Of a DNA stretch of 64,000 bases, positions 12,883-26,068 are shown piece by piece (position 1 is the first letter of the stretch; every line of letters begins with the position of its first letter). The DNA is from Auanema rhodensis. Taxonomy: Eukaryota > Animalia > Nematoda. The notes beneath the pieces are model-generated. The model did not search any database. It was given only the letters and a program-made list of their open reading frames with translations, and was not told where the DNA came from. The stretch is from NCBI GenBank assembly GCA_964057225.1, contig OZ059897.1:16430001-16494000 (forward strand), given 5' to 3'. The position numbers were made by a program, and so were the translations under genes.

Positions 12883-14703
12883 TATGATAATTTAAGAGTT
12901 TTATATAATATCTTGTCTTTTAGTTTACAAACAAATGTGTTATTGCTATTTCTTCTTCATCATTCATTCTTATTATATTTTGGATATGGTTTTCAAGTAA
13001 CAGAATATTCCTTTTGTGGACTTGGTGCATCATTTCCGGCTTTCTCTAATTGCTCTGTCATTCTCTTAAAGCTTTTCTTCTTTTATAGACCAAAATAGAA
13101 GATTTATTACAACCACACAACCTCTTTTCACCCTCCAAACTTATTATCTCTCTCTCTCTCTCTCTCTCCCTCTCTCTCTTTCTTTCTCTCATTTATTCTT
13201 TTCTTTTCATCTATCCCCCTCTCTCTCTTTCACAACCGTTTTCTCTTGAACATAAGCTAAAGTTTTCAAAATTGTAACAGAATGTAAACATAAGGCAGTT
13301 TCAACACTAAATCAAGTTTACTAAGCTTGAGCACTTCACAATAATTGTAAAAGAAAACAATGAGCAATTTAGTTCAAGAAATATATATATCTATATATAT
13401 ATATATATATCTACGAATATATAATTCAAATTTTCCAAGTTTTTTAGGCAGCAGTTTAACACTCTACTTCATTCAAATACATCAGAATTTTTAAAAATGT
13501 AATATGAAAAACGTCTTTTCTTTTCATAAATTAATTATCATCAAAAATGTAGAAAACTGATTCTAAAATTTAAATAGAAGAATAATAAATATTTCAATGA
13601 TTACATATCATTTTGTGATCTTAAATTAATTTTATAAAAACTTGCCTGTAACGACGTTGTAAAAATACAAAGAGCAAATGACTAGAAAAGCCAGAAATAG
13701 GAATGTAATGAGAAATACCCGAGGTGCAAGGCAGGTACATGTCTGAAATATATGATAATGGTATAGATATATCTATATTTATCTTGATTTACTCTATGAG
13801 CATCAGCTTTTCGCATTTTGCTAGCTGGTAATGTTCCATTATTGTTATTAGTTAATAATGAAGTTTCAACATCTCTTCCGTTCTCCATTGAGGGAACCAA
13901 ATTTGTTTGAACTGTTGCTTCAACGTTATATGCTCCTGATCCATTCTAAAGAAAAAAATAAAAATAAATTTAAATAATGAAATGAAAATAAAAAAAACTT
14001 ATACATATATTTATATTTTCAATTTCAAAGTTTAATATAGAACTTCATCAGATCAAAAATGTTGTATTCTTTATGAAAATGTGAGTTAAGCAGAAGAAAA
14101 TAGGCAAGAAACAATTGCAATGTTGTTACATCAGAGCTTATCACAAAGATTAAGATATTTAGATGTGGATACTATCGATAAAAATAGTTTTTTTGTAGAA
14201 AAAGGATATAAAATGATATTTGTATACAGATATTAAATGTTTTAATTAAAATTAAAACTAAATATACATTGTGCTATATCTTTACAAGATGTTATATTAT
14301 TAGAATCTTTGCTAATTTCAATTATTATTTACACTATATATATATATATATATATATATTATAGAAAAGGAATCAAAATATTAGGTTTCTGTACAATAAA
14401 AAAAAACATTTTTTGTGTTTCTTTTCAAAAATTTGAAAAAGATACTGAATACAAGTTGTTGAAATTACTTGTGATTATAATCCTTTTTTTGTTGAAAAAA
14501 AAAGATTTTTATGAATACTATGACCATATATAAATAAACAACTAGTATAATTATAAAAATATATAATATATAAAATTATAAGAAAACATATTTGAAATAT
14601 TACTAATATTGTTTCAAATAATATTTAAAATATATCCAGAAAAGCAATCTGTTGTCAAAAGTTGGAAACTTACACGTGGATAAGGATCAATTTTAGTAAT
14701 CAT
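6850..14703 (-). CDS. Neprilysin-family (M13) zinc metalloendopeptidase, type II membrane protein, ~22 exons
   Basis: Spliced exons encode a TM segment [20 protein letters not shown] (13646-13742) and the N-terminal M13 motif [35 protein letters not shown] (12704-12781, 12376-12501). They also encode [19 protein letters not shown] (HEXXH, ~9664-9731), ENIAD (~7906-7963), [13 protein letters not shown]...VHSKERQR (~7706-7856) and the terminal exon [32 protein letters not shown] (6850-6949). The start shown is [10 protein letters not shown] (14674-14703, gtaagt donor); the 5' end is less certain. Confidence 0.93.
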
Positions 14704-17700
14704 ACGTCCTCATTCAGATGATAAATGCATCTGAATTCTAACTGTAGACGTCGTGGACGAGGTGTGTCGTGTTCTGCGTTTCCAGTCGTTCGGCTTGTCT
14801 TGTTCTTCGTGTTCTTCTTTCTTTGGACCGTCGAAGAGTCTTCGAACCCGAGGTTCTCTTTGACAAATTCCGCTGAAGGGCGGAGCTTATATATATAGAA
14901 TAGGAAAGCTCTGTTTCCGGATAGCTGTAGTAAAAGGAGGTGGAGCCAAAAAAAAGAAAAGAGATGTAGAGAAAATGAAACGAAACAGAAATTGGAACAA
15001 GAGAGTATGAAAATGAACGATAGTAAATGATACGATAAAGTATTTTGTAGAATTAAGATAGAAATATTTGAAAAGATTTAGCATAGCAGGTTAAATATTA
15101 TGTTATCAAAGAACATAATCTAATAAACATGTTATAAAGACAGAAAAGAAAACGACAATACGAAATTAAGAAACCATATTGTATAACTATTTATATATTT
15201 CTTATGATAGTATATTCAATATTATTTTTTCCTGTTGTTTTGATTTTTTTCCGTCTCTGACATAATTTTACTAATTTGAGTGACCTTTAAGGGAGGCAAA
15301 GCTTTCAAGCCAGTGGGGGCGTTTGGAGATACTGAAAGAGCGAAGTTGATTCCGCCCTCTTGGTCATACAAAATTTATTTTTTAATTTTTTTAAAATATT
15401 GTTTTTCTTTTTGGAAAACATTTCCTTGAAATTTACATTATCAAACTATATATATTTTAATTTTAAGCATAAGCTAAAACTTGAAAATAAAAACTAAATT
15501 CTAGCATGTTGGGGCTTGAAAAAAATTGGTTTTTAGAAGAATGGAATTAGCTTTGGAGATATGATATACCATTTTCTTAAATTTGTAGTTAGCAATCTTA
15601 GAATGTAAAATTAAATTTGTATTTTTCATGCTTCCATTGAGATCAAAGTGAGAAAGATTTTTTTTCAAAAAAATACTTCTATATATATAGCTATATAATA
15701 TATAGTTATATATATATATATATAATATGTACTTGAATAATAACAAGAAATAAATTTGAAACTAAAATTTAAGAATGAAATTCATTTTCATTTATTAAAG
15801 AGATTGAATACAAAAATTAATACAAATCCTCCCGTTAAACCAGGAAATTGCTTTAAAATTCCTTGAAAACGAAGAAGATTTTAGTATTTAGTTAGATAAA
15901 GTATGTTAGAGGAAGAGAGAAGAGAGAGAGAGAGAGAAAATAAAGAAGAGATAAATATTCATTGACCATTCATAAATAATTAAAAAATTCAAAGCATTTG
16001 ACTAATTATGAAAAAATTAAGAAGCAAATATTTTGACTTATAGGATATGATATTTAAATATATAATATGAGAGAAAAAAAAAGTTAAAAAATTGATAATT
16101 ACCATTATAATATGTTGTAACAATTTGACTCATCCTGGGATTACGGTAATTATTATTGAATCACTTTGTTCCGCATGAAAGGCTAATATGGAAATATGCC
16201 TGCGTGTTTCTAAATTAAAGAAAATATTTTATAGAAAAGAAGGAAAATGAAGAAATTTAAAAAAAAAGTAAATGAGAGGAAAACAAGTATATGAAATTGC
16301 AAAAAAAAAAGAAGAAAATGCATCGAATTGAGTAAAATCGTCAAGTCAAGCTTAGTCATCAATGTTGGTGAGACAAATGTCGTTGGCACTTCTGAGTGGC
16401 ATTAAGTCATATAAGGGAATCCAACATGAGATAAATATGAGGTTGAAGAACAACGAAGACAATTTTAATCTACTAAATAGATAGAAAAATAGAAATGAAT
16501 GTCAACGTGAATGTAAATGACTTTGGGTGGTCAGATGTTTTATGGGAAGAGACCAAGAAAACATCAGAAAAGAGTAAAGATAGAGGAAATAGAATTAAAA
16601 GGTAAATTTTTAAAAAAGAGAACATGAGTATAACACACAAAATTGAATGTTAGAATAATATTTTTTCTTCTTGATTAGATCTAGTAACTGATTAGTTTGG
16701 ATAATACTGATGAAGATGCTTTAATAAAGAATTATTTAGAATAATATATAAAATGACTAAGCAAAAGCAATCAAATCACAAACTATGTATATTAGAAAGA
16801 GATTCCTAATATTCGTTTATAGAATTATAATAAAAGAAATTAGAAACATAAATGTCATATTAGCTAATTTTTGGATAGAAATTAGAAGGATTTCTTTTTG
16901 ACGGCTCCAAAAAGGGAAAGGATAAAACGATCATTAATGTTCATAGGTATATAAGAGGAAATGAATTAAGAAAGAAAAAATGTCATCAGAAAATATAAAA
17001 TCAAAACAATAATTTAAACATATTAGATAATTTAATATAAAATAATATTATATTTATACTATATATATACTATATATTTCTATAAATAGAATATTTTAAT
17101 ATAATCAATCATCATTTTTTTATAAAAAAAAAGATAACTTGTAAACAAGTTTAAAAACAAAAGTTTATTTTAAATAAAAATTTGTTATCTATTCACATAG
17201 TTTATAAGGAAAAAATATGATGTCAATGATAATATTGGTAATATTCATACACACATATCATACATAACACGCAGCATGAAATTTTTGCAACAAAAATGTA
17301 GATAATATAATCCTTTTTACTCTAATTCTTCTGTTTAATCTTTTGTCAATTTTCATATAATATACATACATATACATACAAATATAGTTTAGTCTATTGT
17401 ATAATATGTTCATATACAGATAATTAAATTTTATAATGAATTTTCTTTAATATTTAATTTTTAAAAGGATAATAGTGTAAGAATTAGATTGAAAGACAGA
17501 AATAAGGAGAGTAAGAGAAAGAAAAAAAGAGAGATTAAGAGGGAAAGAGAGAGAGAATTATCTGTTCAAAATATATATTTAAAGATTGTATATGCAAAAT
17601 CAAAAATTTAACGAACACACATCACTGCATCACTTTTTTTATTCTCTTTTTGCTATATTTTCTAGTTTTGACATCATGATGTCATACAATTTTTGATAAA

Positions 17701-18332
17701 ATTGTGGAATAAAAAAAGGTTTTTTTTGAGTGGAAAATGAGAAGTCTAAAAAGAAGAACATGGAATAATGCACAGAAATGATAAGCGCATGAGAACTGAA
17801 CATCATAGTGATGAAACGACTATGGCAGTCATCTCTGTCATTGACAACAAGCTTGAAGCCCAATGCGAAAGATGAGGAGGTGGAGGAGGAGGAAGAAGAG
17901 CAGTAGGACAAGAACATGGAAATGAACGACACTATAGTTGACATGTGGTAATATACATATATAAAGAAAATATAGGAAATAAAGAAGCTGACGATCAAGA
18001 CACAGAAGCAGTTAAAAAAGGGATTGATGAAATAAAGCAAACATGCAACACGCATATGTATTTGACGAGATGGTCACTTTTGATTTTAATAGTTTGATAT
18101 TTGGCGAATACTATGATCATATGATGCATGATATAACAATCAAAAGAATTAAAGAAATGATGATGAAGAGGGAGAAATGATGTTGAAAAGCTAAATAAAA
18201 GACAAACAGGACAACAGAATGATATGATAACAGTTTTAAGATCAAGACAATGATGCGGATTTGTTGCTGGATTTAGAATCAAGTCATCCGGATCATATAA
18301 ATATGATATGTACATCTACATATATATTTTAT

Positions 18333-18367
<35 letters not shown>

Positions 18368-20846
18368 AGTATAAAAAACTTTAAAATACGAAAAACTTGA
18401 TAAATTGAATCATTTTCTTCATGACTGATGTGAATGTTGCAGCTTCATATATTTCTTTTGCTATTGATGATGATTGAAAAAATATGAAGAAGAGGTGTGA
18501 ATTTACTTTCGTTTGGACGACAATGCATTCATGAAGTGATGGAACTATGACGTGGTTACATATAATCTAGTGATATTTTTATTGAGAAAGCTTATATATA
18601 CATATAATATATATATATATATGTATGTACGTTATGAATATGTGTACATGTATGTATATGTGTGTTCTGGAGATTAGAGGATCTAGAACTAGTAAAAGGA
18701 TAAACCAGATAACTGTAAGCAGATATACATGATACAATCAGTCAAAAGATAAAAATGAAAAGAAAAACGGAAAGATGGGTCGAGGAATTAGATCAAGATA
18801 TAATGAGAACACAGTCAACAAAAGTGAGATATACATATTGTCGGAGAGGATGCAAGGCACATGAAAGCTGCAAGTACTGGAGGTCTTATGATTAAGAAAG
18901 CGGATGATAATTGCATGGACGGTGATCTTATGATGCAATGACCAACATTTCTAAAGCTTCAAGCATAATTGGTTTTGAATGAATATCATGAGATTCCGGT
19001 GAGGTCAGAATGATAAGATGAAAGCAAAAGAGAAGGAACATAATTTCGGAGACAGATGACATCCTTGACAGAGGAAACACCTACAAGGAGATCACAATGA
19101 CAACGACGACATCGACGACAGGAAGTTGAAGAATGAGCAATGGCATGATTGCAATCCTGGAGGGGAGAGATCGACAGTTGCGACTGAATGACGTCACAAT
19201 CTGATGATTGTAGGCAAATGATTGGAATGAATGATTGAATGCGAAGTTGTGAGAGACGGTGAAGAAAATGTAGGAAGAGAGAAAGATATTGAGAGGGAAT
19301 ATAAGATCGATATGAAAGGTTACTGAGGAATTGAAACGAAAAATTGATAGAAGTGTTGGAGAGATAGAGGGTTGCAGATATAAGTCGAAGAAGGGAAGAA
19401 AGAACATTCATTATAAACTAGAGAAGATGACAAGGACTTTTCATTTCATCATTTCCGCTTCTACGGTCAGCTGTATCTTATATCCACCTGCTCGATTTCT
19501 CACATATATGGCGGATGACATCATTATGGGGTGGATTGGCTAGTATGAAAGATAAATACGTTGAGGTATGATACTTATAACCAAATTTTGAATAAAATAA
19601 ATTATATAATAGGATAACAAGAGAAAGATATTTACGTGAATAATTAATTGAAGAAATAGCATAGAAATAAAAAGGAAAATAAAGAACTAACAATTAGATT
19701 AAAATTGAACTTGTTGACTTTCAAGTTTCACGTAGTATTCAGTAAACTTTCACGTCGTTTCAGCGAAAAATAAATTAATATATCAATTGAATTTAAAAGA
19801 GACCAACAAACTAATAAATAATGAGAAGGTAAAAACGTTAAAGTGTGGGTGAGATTTTCAGAAGAAGCTTGAGTTTCATACGAGATATCAGATAAATTGT
19901 GATGTATTGATCAAAACTTTTTTAACTCATCAAGTACATGTTGTAATTGTTTTTGAGTTACTATCCTTAGAGTTATAAGATTAATCAACCAGCTGAACAA
20001 CGTCTTTGTAAATTAAGCTTAATCTTACTCTTTATACTTGTCAGATAAGCTGACTGCTGTTTCTCTCCACATTACTTAATCTCTCTATCTATCTATCTCT
20101 ACCTATTCCTCCCCCTCTCTCTATTAATCTATCTCTGTAGCAACATGTTTCTCTTTTTCTATTTCAGAATTAATTTTTTTATTCGTTGAGATGATTGTTG
20201 AAAGAGAAAAAAGTATGGTGAATGATCAAAAGTACGTTATAGCATTTTGAGTTATACAGAATTAGTTATACTTTTGTGTCAATATAAGTAACTGCTTTAT
20301 TTGAAACAAAAAAAAAATATTTGTATAATATATATATTTTTATATTCAAACTCATATTATACTCAAATTCAAGCTTATGTTTTGAAATTGTACAATTTTC
20401 TTCAGAATTTCAGTATATTTTAGTTTTGTTTTTAAAAAATAGATAATTGAACATAATTTATATTAATATTCATTTATTTAATATTTAAATATATTTTATA
20501 AATATATGGAATATCATCTTTCGAATAATTTTGATTTTTTAATTTTCTTTCTTTAAATGAACATTATACAATTAAAAAAAATTAAAAACAAATAAACAAG
20601 CAATTTTTTTTATTATTTTTTCATTTTAATGAAATAACAAAAATTAAAATAAAAAGTAAATACATTTTGGACAGATTAAAAATGATGGTGATGAAATTCA
20701 GGAGAAACGGACAATGAAAATCAAATCACTATAAAAACTAAAAATTTCTGTAAATTTATACAAAAAAAAATACAGAAAATGACATAACCATATACATGCA
20801 TTAAAGGAATGGAATAATTATTTTATTTAAAAAAAAAAGTTTTTTT

Positions 20847-21488
20847 CTAAATTGTTCTCGTTGAGGAGACAGGGTAAATACGACCATCGATAACGATGAG
20901 TGGTCGTTGGGCGAGTGAACCTCCACGAAAATCTGGGTATTTATAGTCTCTGAAATAAAGTTTTTTAAGATATTGGATATTATAGATAAGATTATTATAA
21001 TATATATATAATTAGAAATAATAACGATGATATAGAAATATTTGAAAAACAAAAATTTTAAAGTTGACATTCATTAATACTTAGTTAAACTATTTAATAA
21101 AATAATCTAATGTTGTATATATTTTGATCTGATCATAATGTGTTATCATATTAGTCAAATTAACGTCCACATTCGACAATGACTGGAAACAAAATTCAAA
21201 AAAACATGAATTTTCTTTGATAGTTTCATACAAATAATGTTAATTTTAGATATATGTATTATTGAAAATAATATACATACCTATAGAGCACATCAAGACC
21301 ACGACGTGGCGGAGACATAAATATGGTTGGATCCATTAAAGTTCTAAATATATAATTATTATAATATAATATTTATTATAAAATTAATATTTATACTTTT
21401 CTTTTGTTGATAATCGGCTGGAATGTCTTAGTGGCAACATAGCAACTGAAAGGGAAACCATAACCAAAAAGCAAAATAGATGTCTCAT
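20847..21488 (-). CDS. Small secreted protein, possible peptide precursor (85 aa, 3 exons: 21397-21488, 21281-21343, 20847-20949)
   Basis: GT-AG introns with consistent phases (2, 2) give MRHLFCFLVMVSLSVAMLPLRHSSRLSTKEKTLMDPTIFMSPPRRGLDVLYRDYKYPDFRGGSLAQRPLIVIDGRIYPVSSTRTI*. It has a signal-peptide-like N-terminus and an internal RR. Acceptors are atttag and tttcag, and an upstream aattcag lies 21 nt before the ATG. Confidence 0.78.
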
Positions 21489-22940
21489 TCTTCTGATTAT
21501 ATCCTTATTCTGAATTATTGTTAAGATATAATAAAAAACATGATTATTATAAGATATATAGTCACAATAGTAGTGATAAACGGAAAAAAAACATTTAAAA
21601 TGAAATAAAAAAAGAAAAGGAGTGTTTAATTAAAAAAAAATTAAAATTCAGATCATGAAGCTCAATTTTTGCAGCAAAAAAAGCTATTGAAAATACCTGG
21701 ACTATCTCAAAATAAATCGAAAAAATAAACGAAATAGCTAGTAATTTACATATTAGTTGAAAGCTAAAATTTCTTTTTTTCTCTTTTAAATTCTTGAAGA
21801 ATTTTTTGTGAATGAAAAGTAAGAATGATTATTATGCAATTTTCTTGTAAAAAAAACATAGAAAATTAAGTGAAACATGAAAAATATTATGAAAGAATGT
21901 AAATTCATTGAAATTTAAGAAAAATCTATTATTTATGTAACTGAAAAAAGGAAGATGATAATACAAAAAATATATTATTGTAAGTCAAGAAAGAATAAAA
22001 GAAGATTAAAAGAAAAGTATGTATGTATATCATCAACATCTTCAGTAATTAAATATTATTACGTTATAACTATAAATGATCTTAAAGTAGAATAACTAGA
22101 TATAACAAATGAATATTAATCTATCTATCTATCTATATATATATATATATATATTTAGTAATTATACATATAGTATAAACATATAGATAAAACTATATAT
22201 AGTATATATATATAGCTTTAAGCATTATCAAACACAGACATTCTCATTCGAAATGAATTAATAATTTGGATTTTGTAAACAAAAATCATAAAAGTGACGA
22301 AAACTTGCATTCATGGAATATCTGAGGAAGATGTGGTCGTCGCCAGGTACATCACATAGATGATGATGTGACAACGGCAACAACATATATCCGGAATATA
22401 GCAAGTTATGAGAATTTTTAATAGTTAGTATATAATAATTTTTAATGTATAACTTTCTTTGATGCACGGCTTAGTGACGTAAATTTGATTGAGTATAAAG
22501 AACACACATATGCACACACATGTGGGTCCAAAATGCTTAAATGCCAAATATATAAAGAAAGAGTTTCTTATATCTATTCGTGAAAATGTAGAAAAAAAAG
22601 TTTCGAAGAGATTAAACAGCACAAAGCATTACTCTCAATCGTATTTGAAAATTAAGTGAAATAAGAATGTTGTTTATAGGAGTGTAGAGAATTGTTTTAA
22701 AATCATCACGATAGATCTTGATTGATATTTGCAAAAATAGAGAAAAAAAAACGTCTCACAGTTCATGAACTTTGATTTGATGAAAAAATATTTTAAAATC
22801 TACTGCTTCATTATAAATATTTCATTTCATATTAATATGATATTAGTCAATGGAGATAAAAGTTGCGATTTGGAAAAGACGGCATAAGTTTCAATACTTC
22901 GAAATTCGTTTTCTTATATGCGGGTTTGAGCTCCCTCGTT

Positions 22941-22952
22941 CTCTCTCTCTCG

Positions 22953-23008
<56 letters not shown>
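22941..23008. repeat. (CT)n microsatellite
   Basis: Directly visible, with two interruptions near the 5' end. Confidence 0.95.
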
Positions 23009-23010
<2 letters not shown>

Positions 23011-23150
23011 AACATTCCGTTCATGATCTTTTCTTCAAAGTCACATCATTCTATTTCCCTCTTTCTCAACATCATTGCTGTCTTTAAATGAATTCCACCG
23101 AAACGGAAAAAAGTGAAAATTAACTTTGAACTCTAAGAAAATAATTAACG

Positions 23151-23182
<32 letters not shown>

Positions 23183-26017
23183 AATAAGGAGAAACAACTT
23201 ATCTTAATGTTTTCAAGTGTTTCAACATGTATATTACTAAAGTAATATAAGTTTGTTTGCACTTTAATATTTTATTTCAATCAAAAAATCGTTTTTACTC
23301 CTATTCAAAGTATTTCTATTAATTTCATGTAAATATCTTAAATTCAGCAGGCCAATAAGCTTGCTTCTATATGATTTTTCTATTATTATACAAATATATT
23401 CAGCTAATATAGATAACATGGACAAATAGTACAGAAAATTGTGAAATAACTGCAGCTTACGAGTTCAATACATGAAGTGCACAAGAGAAAATGAAACAAG
23501 TTCGTGGGTGACGAATTATGCAAAATGGGCTGATTGATGCATACACAGGTTGAGAAGTTTGAATAAGCAGTTGACCAGTGGTCAAAAAAAGTAAATTCTA
23601 CGAGAATATTATGCAAAAAAATTTAAACAGAGAGCATATTCGTGCATTTCAACAAGTTGATCAAACAGCTATCAAGATAAATGGTTGATAGATCGTTTAA
23701 AATACAACTTTGAACAAAATTGGAAGGTGTGTAATGAAATATTATAATATTGTTATATATTAATCTTATTCTTATAATATAAATTAAATAATAAAGTCCA
23801 TAAGGTTAATATAAATTATATATATATATATATGTATATATCTGTATATATGAATATGAGATATCAAAATAGAAGTGAAAGAATCATGATACTAGACCTC
23901 CACTGCTAATAATGATTTGTGAATCGTTTAGCTTAAGCGATTATGATTTCTCATAACTAAATATCTATGTTAGTTATATATAACTAATATATATATATTA
24001 TTGGTAATTCTTTTCTAAAGAAAATATATAAACATCAATACGTATAAAACGACCCAAAAAACATGTGATAAAAGAAAAATAATATATTAATATAATCGTT
24101 AACTATTTTTTAAGGAAAAATATATTTTAATTCTTTAAAGAGTAAGGAAATAAAAGAGCGAAAGCACTATGCAAAATCAGTTAAAAATATACTTTTCACC
24201 TTGTAAATAATGATATTTTGATGTAACATTAAGGGCTGTAACTAATGGAGTCACACAAGCTTTTCGACGATGTTTTCTTGCAAGTGACATCAATATCTGT
24301 GAATTAAAGAATAAAAAAGTATCTTTTAATTAATTTTAAAAATTGAAGTGCAAATGTGGTCTACTAAGAAACTAAATAAATGAGTTTGACTGCAATTTTT
24401 ATATTCATAAAATTGAGTAAAGATGTTCCTCTTTCTTACAAGCTCGTAGATTAATCCTAATTAAGTGACGAATTTGTACAAAAAAATCCTGAATAGATAA
24501 TTATAATTACATCATTTTAAAAATTATTTCTTAGATCTATATGATGACTCTTGTCATCAGTCAAAAAAGATGAACAATGAGCTATGAATTGAGAACAAAA
24601 ATTCATTCATTTAGTATATAAGTTTTAATAAAAAACATAAGAGGATAAAATATTTTTTTTCATATAAATATATTAAAAAATTTTGAAAGTGACGACTAAA
24701 ATAGCTTTTCTGCTTAATTATGATGTCAACTAGCATACTTTCATAAAGGTTTTCTCATATTTTTTTCTCTTTTTCCATATGATAAAGGTTTTTTGAAAAC
24801 TTTCTTTCTCTCATAATAAAATATTTTTTATTAATCATTAAATTGTAGAAAAATTCAAAATAGTTCTTCTAATATGAAACCGAAATGATCAAAAAAAATG
24901 GAAAAATATTAATCTAATGGTTTCTTTTATCTAGGATTAGTATGAATGTTTCTTAAATAAAGATATGTATAATATCTTTTTGGGATTAAAAATTATCAAA
25001 AAATGAAAGGAAAGAAATTAAAGATTGATAAGTAGTTGCGATATTCATATTCTCTGGTCATCTAATCTTTATTGTCTTATTTTTATGAAATGTTCAACAA
25101 ATGTTTTCAAACTATCAAATCCCCTAAAGATTAATATAAAAAGAAAACTAAATGTTACGTCTATTGCAAAATCATGATACAATATCTTTACTTAGATACT
25201 TATATGAAGTAGTTATACATATGTACATGTAACGTTCTATTATAATTTTGTAAAATAGATAATTATACATATAGTATATAAAATTAATCAATTTTATTTA
25301 ATATTATATTAATATAACTATGAAGAAAATTTAAAAAATATATAAAAATATATATACATATGTATATATAAATATTTAATAATTACAACTATTATTTATT
25401 CTTTATCCAATAAAATAATAGTATAATGTACTGTTTATAGATAACTATATATAGTTTTTAAAAAATATTAATTTATTTGTTATATTATATGATAGAATAG
25501 ATAAACAACTGATAAAATTTAAAGAATAATATTCAAGTTGCTTATACATGATCAGGAAGTATTATATAAGTTATAGAAAATATAATAATTAACATAAATA
25601 ATGTATTAATCATTTTTCCTAGACATATATGTATGTATATGATTAGTAATATATATATATAACATGTATGTATGTATGTCTGTATGTATTATATGTCATA
25701 TATCAATATTAAAAACTAATGAAACAATCTGATTTATCATATTCATTATCTTCAAAGCCTTTTTTTTGCTTGAGAGTTTTAAAAATAATTTTATATGAGA
25801 TTGACAATCTAAAGAATATTTGATTTGTACATAGAATCTTTTATACGTTTATGTATTTCACAATAACTATTCCAAGAAGAAAAATTTGATTAAAATCATA
25901 TGTTCAATCATTTTACCAAATTCACGCAATAATAATTGAATTATGTTAATCACATGAGATATATTACGTGAAATCGTTCACAAATTATGTGGATAATCTA
26001 CAAAGAAAGATATTTCA

Positions 26018-26067
<50 letters not shown>
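26018..26067. repeat. Compound palindromic microsatellite (CT)n(TA)n(GA)n
   Basis: ctctctctctctc-(ta)12-gagagagagagag is self-complementary. Confidence 0.9.

Positions 26068-26068
<1 letters not shown>

Noticed and set aside
13682-13900. 72-aa ORF MVPSMENG...FWLF as a separate gene
   Set aside because: It is neprilysin exon 2 read through an intron into the wrong frame of the TM exon.
14710-14712. In-frame TGA as a selenocysteine codon
   Set aside because: It lies in a presumably unstructured cytoplasmic region, I recognised no SECIS, and alternative splicing or a uORF explains it more simply.
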